Positions 59,275 through 64,000 of a DNA stretch of 64,000 nt are shown piece by piece (position 1 is the stretch's first letter; each line of letters starts with the position of its first letter). The stretch covers positions 1,376,001 to 1,440,000 of the forward strand of contig OZ255836.1 in assembly GCA_965277715.1 (NCBI GenBank). The letters run 5' to 3'. Source of the stretch: Gammaproteobacteria bacterium. GTDB taxonomy: Bacteria > Pseudomonadota > Gammaproteobacteria > JBCCGL01. Position numbers and translations under genes: made by a program. A model generated the notes under the pieces. The model was not told the DNA's origin and ran no database searches. It worked only from the letters and a program-made list of their open reading frames with translations.

Positions 59275-61332
59275 ATGCCACGTAACCCACGCTACGATAT
59301 ATTGTTTGAGCCGGTCAAAATCGGGCCGGTGACCGCCCCTAACCGCTTCTACCAAACCCCACACGCCTCGGGTATGGGTTCGATGAAACCCAACAGCTCC
59401 GCCGCACTGCGCGGTATCAAAGCCGAGGGAGGCTGGGGGGTAGTCTGTGCAGAATACTGTTCTATCCACCCGAGTTCAGATGATGCCCCCTATGCGTATC
59501 TCACCCTGTGGGACGACCAGGACATACCCGCGCTGTCACTGATCAGCGAGGCGATCCATGCCCACGGTTCGCTGGCGGGTGTGGAGCTGTGGCACGGCGG
59601 TGTGCACGCCAATAATCGCGAAACCCGCGAGACAATGCTCGCCCCCGTGGCAGGCGCTGCCGAGTACATTCAACCCGCCCAGGTGCGGGCGATGGAAAAA
59701 AGTGATATCGCCCACTTTCGCCAATGGCACCGGGACGCCGCCCTGCGCGCCAGGCAGGCGGGGTTTGATATCGTTTACGTTTACGCGGGCCACGATTACC
59801 TGCCCTTTCAATTCTTATCCCCCCGATATAACCAACGCCACGACGAATACGGCGGCCCGCTGGAAAACCGCGCCCGCCTGTTGCGCGAACTAATCGAAGA
59901 CACCCACGAAGCCGTTGGCGACCGGTGCGCCGTGGCGGTGCGTTTGGCTATCGATGAACTGCACGGTGAACAGGGCATCACCAGCCAGGGTGACGGCAGG
60001 GAGATTATCGAATACCTCGCCGACCTGCCGGATCTCTGGGATATTGCGCTGGGCGGCGGGCTGGGTAACGATTCGCGCAGCTCACGCTTTTCTGCTGAAG
60101 GCTATCAGGAACAGTACGCCGGGTTTGTCAAAGGACTCACATCCAAACCGGTAGTCAGCGTCGGGCGCTTCACTTCGCCGGACACCATGTTGTCACAAAT
60201 CAAACGAGGAGTGCAGGACTTTATCGGCGCGGCGCGGCCCTCGATTGCCGATCCGTTTCTGCCCAATAAGATAAACCAGGGGCGAGAAGACGAAATCCGT
60301 GAGTGCATCGGTTGCAATATCTGCCGCTCGGCCAACAACGAGGGTGTCTCCCTGCGCTGCACACAAAACCCCACAATGGGTGAAGAGTGGCGGCGTGGCT
60401 GGCACCCTGAAAAAATCCCCACCCGGCACCGGGATGCCAGCGTATTGGTCGTCGGTGGTGGCCCCGCTGGCTTAGAGGCAACCCTGGCACTGGGGCAGCG
60501 CGGTTACCGGGTGACCCTCGCCGAAGCCAGCGATGCACTCGGCGGTCGGGTAATCAATGAATCCAGCCTGCCCGGCCTGCAAAACTGGATACGGGTACGC
60601 GACTACCGCACACAACGTATCCAGCAAATGGCCAATGTCGGTATCTACCTGCAAAGCGAACTCAGTGCGGCGGATGTTAACGAATTCAACGCCGACCACA
60701 TCGTCATTGCCACCGGCAGCGAATGGCGACGCGACGCTGTGGGGGCCAACACGCTGGCCCCCATACCCGTATCACCCACCGCCCGTGTACTGACACCCGG
60801 GGATATTTTTGCCGGTGTTCACTTACAGGGAAATGTATTGATTTACGACGACGAACACTACTTTATGGCGGGCGCACTGGCCGAACGGTGCCTGTTGGCA
60901 GGACACGCAGTCACCTACCTCAGCCCGGCGACCATGATCTCCAGTTGGACAGTGATGACCGATGAACAGGGGTTTATCCAAACCCGCCTGATGTCGCTCG
61001 GTATCAATACCGTGTTTGCACAAAAGGCCTGCCGTATCGACGAGAGCACACTGCACACCGCGTGCATGCACACAGGGCAACGCGCCACCCATGCCTTTGA
61101 TAACATCATAATGGTTACCTGCCGACAGCCCAACGCGGGATTATACGACGCACTCAGTGATCAGAATGCCGTGCGCATTGGCGATTGCCTGGCACCTTCC
61201 AGCATCGCCGATGCCATTTATGCCGGCCATAAGTTCGCCCGCGAGTTGGGTGCAGACACGCACAGCACCTACCCAAGGCGGGAGCGCCCATTACTGCACA
61301 TGTCGACTGCAAGCTGCCACACAGGGGATTGA
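59275..61332 (+). CDS. Trimethylamine/histamine dehydrogenase-like flavoprotein (OYE barrel + 4Fe-4S + ADP-binding domain)
   Basis: RYDILFEPVKIGP..NRFYQ.PH, ARPSIADPFLP, CIGCNIC...C, GEEWRRGWHPE, GGGPAG. Confidence 0.9.
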   Translation: MPRNPRYDILFEPVKIGPVTAPNRFYQTPHASGMGSMKPNSSAALRGIKAEGGWGVVCAEYCSIHPSSDDAPYAYLTLWDDQDIPALSLISEAIHAHGSLAGVELWHGGVHANNRETRETMLAPVAGAAEYIQPAQVRAMEKSDIAHFRQWHRDAALRARQAGFDIVYVYAGHDYLPFQFLSPRYNQRHDEYGGPLENRARLLRELIEDTHEAVGDRCAVAVRLAIDELHGEQGITSQGDGREIIEYLADLPDLWDIALGGGLGNDSRSSRFSAEGYQEQYAGFVKGLTSKPVVSVGRFTSPDTMLSQIKRGVQDFIGAARPSIADPFLPNKINQGREDEIRECIGCNICRSANNEGVSLRCTQNPTMGEEWRRGWHPEKIPTRHRDASVLVVGGGPAGLEATLALGQRGYRVTLAEASDALGGRVINESSLPGLQNWIRVRDYRTQRIQQMANVGIYLQSELSAADVNEFNADHIVIATGSEWRRDAVGANTLAPIPVSPTARVLTPGDIFAGVHLQGNVLIYDDEHYFMAGALAERCLLAGHAVTYLSPATMISSWTVMTDEQGFIQTRLMSLGINTVFAQKACRIDESTLHTACMHTGQRATHAFDNIIMVTCRQPNAGLYDALSDQNAVRIGDCLAPSSIADAIYAGHKFARELGADTHSTYPRRERPLLHMSTASCHTGD

Positions 61333-61334
61333 CG

Positions 61335-62861
61335 ATGAGTGAGAAAACACGCCGACGGCCAGCACGCCAGGCCCGCACCACGGGCGCACTGATACAACCC
61401 GCGTGGCAGCCCATTCACTACCAACGCCCGGCATTTGCACTGCTGAACGACGACGAAATCGAACACATTCACACCACTGCACTATCGATACTGCAGGAAG
61501 TGGGCATGGCCGTGCTGTCACCCGAGGCGCGCAAACGCTTTGCCCGTGCCGGGTTTGCTGTGGACGACAGCACACAACGCGTTCGCTTTGATGCAGAAAT
61601 GATTGAAGCACTACTGGCATTGGCACCCACCTCCTTCACCCTGCACGCCAGAAACCCACACAAACACATTAAAATTGGCGACGGCTTTGCCGCATTTTCC
61701 TCTGTCGGTGGCCCCGCTTATGTGATGGACAGTGACAAGGGGCGGCGCAACGGCAGCTATGCGGAAATGTGCGATTTTCTCCGCCTGGTGCAAAGCCTCG
61801 ACATCCTCCACCAGGAAGGTGGCGGTGGTTTTGAAGCCCTCGACTTGCCCGCCGCCAGCCGCCACCTCGACCTCTACTATGCGCAGTGCACCCTGCTCGA
61901 TAAGAACTGGCAGCCGTGGGGCATAGGCCACGAACAGGCGATGGATGCCATTCAAATGGCCGCTATCATGCTCGGCAAAACACCGCATGAGCTGATCGAT
62001 ACACCTGTATTTAGCTGCGTCATCAACACCAACTCCCCGCTGCAACTGGATATCCCTATGGCGGCGGGGTTAATCACAATGGCAGAGTTTGGCCAGGCGG
62101 TCATCGTCACACCGTTTACCTTATCCGGGGCCATGTCACCCGTCACAATCGCGGGCGCCCTGGCACAACAGCACGCCGAGGCGATGGCGGGGATTGCCCT
62201 GACACAAATCGTACGGCCCGGTGCACCGATTATCTACGGTGGCTTCACCTCCAATGTCGATATGAAAACCGGCTCACCCGCCTTCGGCACGCCGGAGTAC
62301 GTACAGGCGGCACAGGCCTCCGGGCAACTTGCGCGCCGCCTCAAACTGCCGTTTCGCTCCAGTAATGTAACGGCGGCCAACTGCCCGGATGCCCAGGCTA
62401 CCTATGAAAGCAGTATGTCGCTATGGGGGGCCATCAGTGGCCAGGCCAACCTGATTATGCACGCCGCCGGTTGGTTGCACGGCGGTCTGACTGCCTCCCT
62501 GGAAAAGCTTATTATCGATGCCGAAATGTTGCAAATGATGGCGGCGTATTGTCAACCGCTTGTAGTGAACACCGATACGCTGGCATTGGATGCCGTTAAA
62601 GAAGTCGGCCCTGCCGGGCATTTTTTTGCTGCGACACATACGATGCAACGCTACCAACAGGCGTTTTACTCCCCCCTGCTGTCTAACTGGGACAACTATG
62701 AAAGCTGGCTGGAGCGCGGTGCCGTCAACAGCGAACAGCGGGCTAACCAGATATGGAAACAGCTACTGCTTGAATACCAGCAGCCCGCAATTGATCCGGC
62801 CATTGATGAAGGCTTGCGTGATTATGTTGCGCGGCGTAAACGCGAAATGGGGGAAAGTTAG
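61335..62861 (+). CDS. Trimethylamine methyltransferase (MttB) superfamily protein, non-pyrrolysine
   Basis: INTNSPL, TPFTLSGAMSPVT.AGAL, NVDMKTGSPAFGTPE, HAAGWL.GGL; no in-frame amber codon. Confidence 0.92.
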   Translation: MSEKTRRRPARQARTTGALIQPAWQPIHYQRPAFALLNDDEIEHIHTTALSILQEVGMAVLSPEARKRFARAGFAVDDSTQRVRFDAEMIEALLALAPTSFTLHARNPHKHIKIGDGFAAFSSVGGPAYVMDSDKGRRNGSYAEMCDFLRLVQSLDILHQEGGGGFEALDLPAASRHLDLYYAQCTLLDKNWQPWGIGHEQAMDAIQMAAIMLGKTPHELIDTPVFSCVINTNSPLQLDIPMAAGLITMAEFGQAVIVTPFTLSGAMSPVTIAGALAQQHAEAMAGIALTQIVRPGAPIIYGGFTSNVDMKTGSPAFGTPEYVQAAQASGQLARRLKLPFRSSNVTAANCPDAQATYESSMSLWGAISGQANLIMHAAGWLHGGLTASLEKLIIDAEMLQMMAAYCQPLVVNTDTLALDAVKEVGPAGHFFAATHTMQRYQQAFYSPLLSNWDNYESWLERGAVNSEQRANQIWKQLLLEYQQPAIDPAIDEGLRDYVARRKREMGES

Positions 62862-62866
62862 CGCAG

Positions 62867-63796
62867 TCATCCAGACAAATGCTGCGGCGGCGCCCCCAGG
62901 CTCTCCCCCAGCATGCGCTCGCGGTGGCTGACGATACGCTCAGCAATTTCATTGATAACCGTGGTCAACCACATAAAAGTCTGCGCGCCTTCCCGGTAAT
63001 CTGCCGGGCCAATCGCCTGAACCCGTTTTTGCTGTTGCAGTTCATAAACCTGCCTGAATTCAGGGTCATCACCCGGCTTATAGACCGCATAGGTTTTGCC
63101 ACCGTTGCGATTGAGTAGCGAGAATACCGGCACATCAGAAGGGCCGTCGGCGAGGTAAATCATATTGGCAAACGGAATGCGCCGCTCGGTATCGTCCATC
63201 GCCGAGTTAACGTCGATAGCCCCATGCTTATTGGCACCTTTATTAATTTCAAATAAAGCGCGGGTTTTGCTGGTATTGTCTAACACATACCCCAGCTTAG
63301 TCAGCTTGCGATCACCCTCCTCGCCTTGCTCCAGCAATTCACACCCCCAGACACCCTCCACATACTGCGCAACGGCACTGCCGAGAATCATCTGCCGCAG
63401 ACCTGTGCTGACAACATAGTGCTCAACCTTAATACCGTGCTGTTGAAACGCCTCAACCTGCATAACCTCATGTTCGATAGCGGCAAACAGCTCGGGAATC
63501 CCCGGATAAAAAACCAACGACTTACCGAGGGTCTTCAACAGCGCATTGTCCAGATGCGCAAAGCGCCCATCGGCAACATAGTCCAAAATATGGTTTAGGT
63601 AGTGAATTTCCGTGGTCACCATCTCGACACCGCCTTGCCGATAAGCCGATTTCAAGTTATTCACCTCGCCCCAGAACGCTTTTTCATCAATGCCAAAATG
63701 CTTGAAAATCGGTTCCTGCATATAACCGGGAATCAAGGTTTTATCAAAATCCCAGACAACCGCTATATCAGTTTGTGTAAACAATTGATTACTCAT
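62867..63796 (-). CDS. HAD-superfamily hydrolase
   Basis: WDFDKTL, VVSTG, KT..LFEINKG, YLADGPSD. Confidence 0.87.
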   Translation of the reverse strand: MSNQLFTQTDIAVVWDFDKTLIPGYMQEPIFKHFGIDEKAFWGEVNNLKSAYRQGGVEMVTTEIHYLNHILDYVADGRFAHLDNALLKTLGKSLVFYPGIPELFAAIEHEVMQVEAFQQHGIKVEHYVVSTGLRQMILGSAVAQYVEGVWGCELLEQGEEGDRKLTKLGYVLDNTSKTRALFEINKGANKHGAIDVNSAMDDTERRIPFANMIYLADGPSDVPVFSLLNRNGGKTYAVYKPGDDPEFRQVYELQQQKRVQAIGPADYREGAQTFMWLTTVINEIAERIVSHRERMLGESLGAPPQHLSG

Positions 63797-63847
63797 GCAA
63801 TTTCACTCCTATACAAGAGGGTAAAGAGGGCGCCGGAAAACGAGGGC

Positions 63848-64000
63848 TTAAACCTGGGCCAGGTCACCTTTTAACTCCAACCAGTGCTTGCGGTCTGCTG
63901 CACGCTTTTTAGCCAACAGCATATCCATCGTTTGCAGCGTGTCATCCCCGGCTTCTATCGTCAACCGTACTAACCTGCGGGTATCCGGTGCCATGCTGGT
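63848..64000 (-). CDS. parE: DNA topoisomerase IV subunit B, 3' end (truncated by window)
   Basis: Translates as TSMAPDTRRLVRLTI...MDMLLAKKRAADRKHWLELKGDLAQV*. Confidence 0.92.
   Translation of the reverse strand, partial: TSMAPDTRRLVRLTIEAGDDTLQTMDMLLAKKRAADRKHWLELKGDLAQV

Noticed and set aside
61335-62861. Possible pyrrolysine in the MttB homologue
   Set aside because: No in-frame TAG; the ORF is full length and ends in TAA.

Overview
Chromosomal window from a motile, probably marine gammaproteobacterium. Housekeeping genes include murB, aspS, grxD, glnB-pcnB-folK-dNK, hslR, htpG, rpsP-rimM-trmD-rplS, gmhA, mtaB and the 3' end of parE. A sigma54-driven polar flagellar/chemotaxis operon (fliLMNOPQR-flhBA-flhF-flhG-fliA-cheYZA) ends at cheA. 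Accessory modules are a cyanophycin operon (iadA-cphB-cphA), an ArsS-type radical-SAM/glycosyltransferase/desaturase cluster, an ECF sigma/anti-sigma/subtilase cassette, a TMADH-like flavoenzyme paired with a non-pyrrolysine MttB homologue, a MoxR-VWA pair, and orphan tupA and NAGGN-type amidotransferase genes. A decaying patch at about 31-36 kb holds gene remnants and two OMP paralogues. Four families of short intergenic palindromic repeats occur. The three most interesting items are (i) a J-domain/J-like/Zn-ribbon/PilZ fusion that could be a c-di-GMP-controlled Hsp70 co-chaperone, (ii) an anti-sigma factor whose periplasmic domain visibly resembles the propeptide of its co-encoded subtilase, and (iii) a TMADH homologue naturally lacking the flavinylated Cys. 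I found no rRNA, tRNA or CRISPR array. All calls are by eye from motifs and recalled family sequences; no searches were run.
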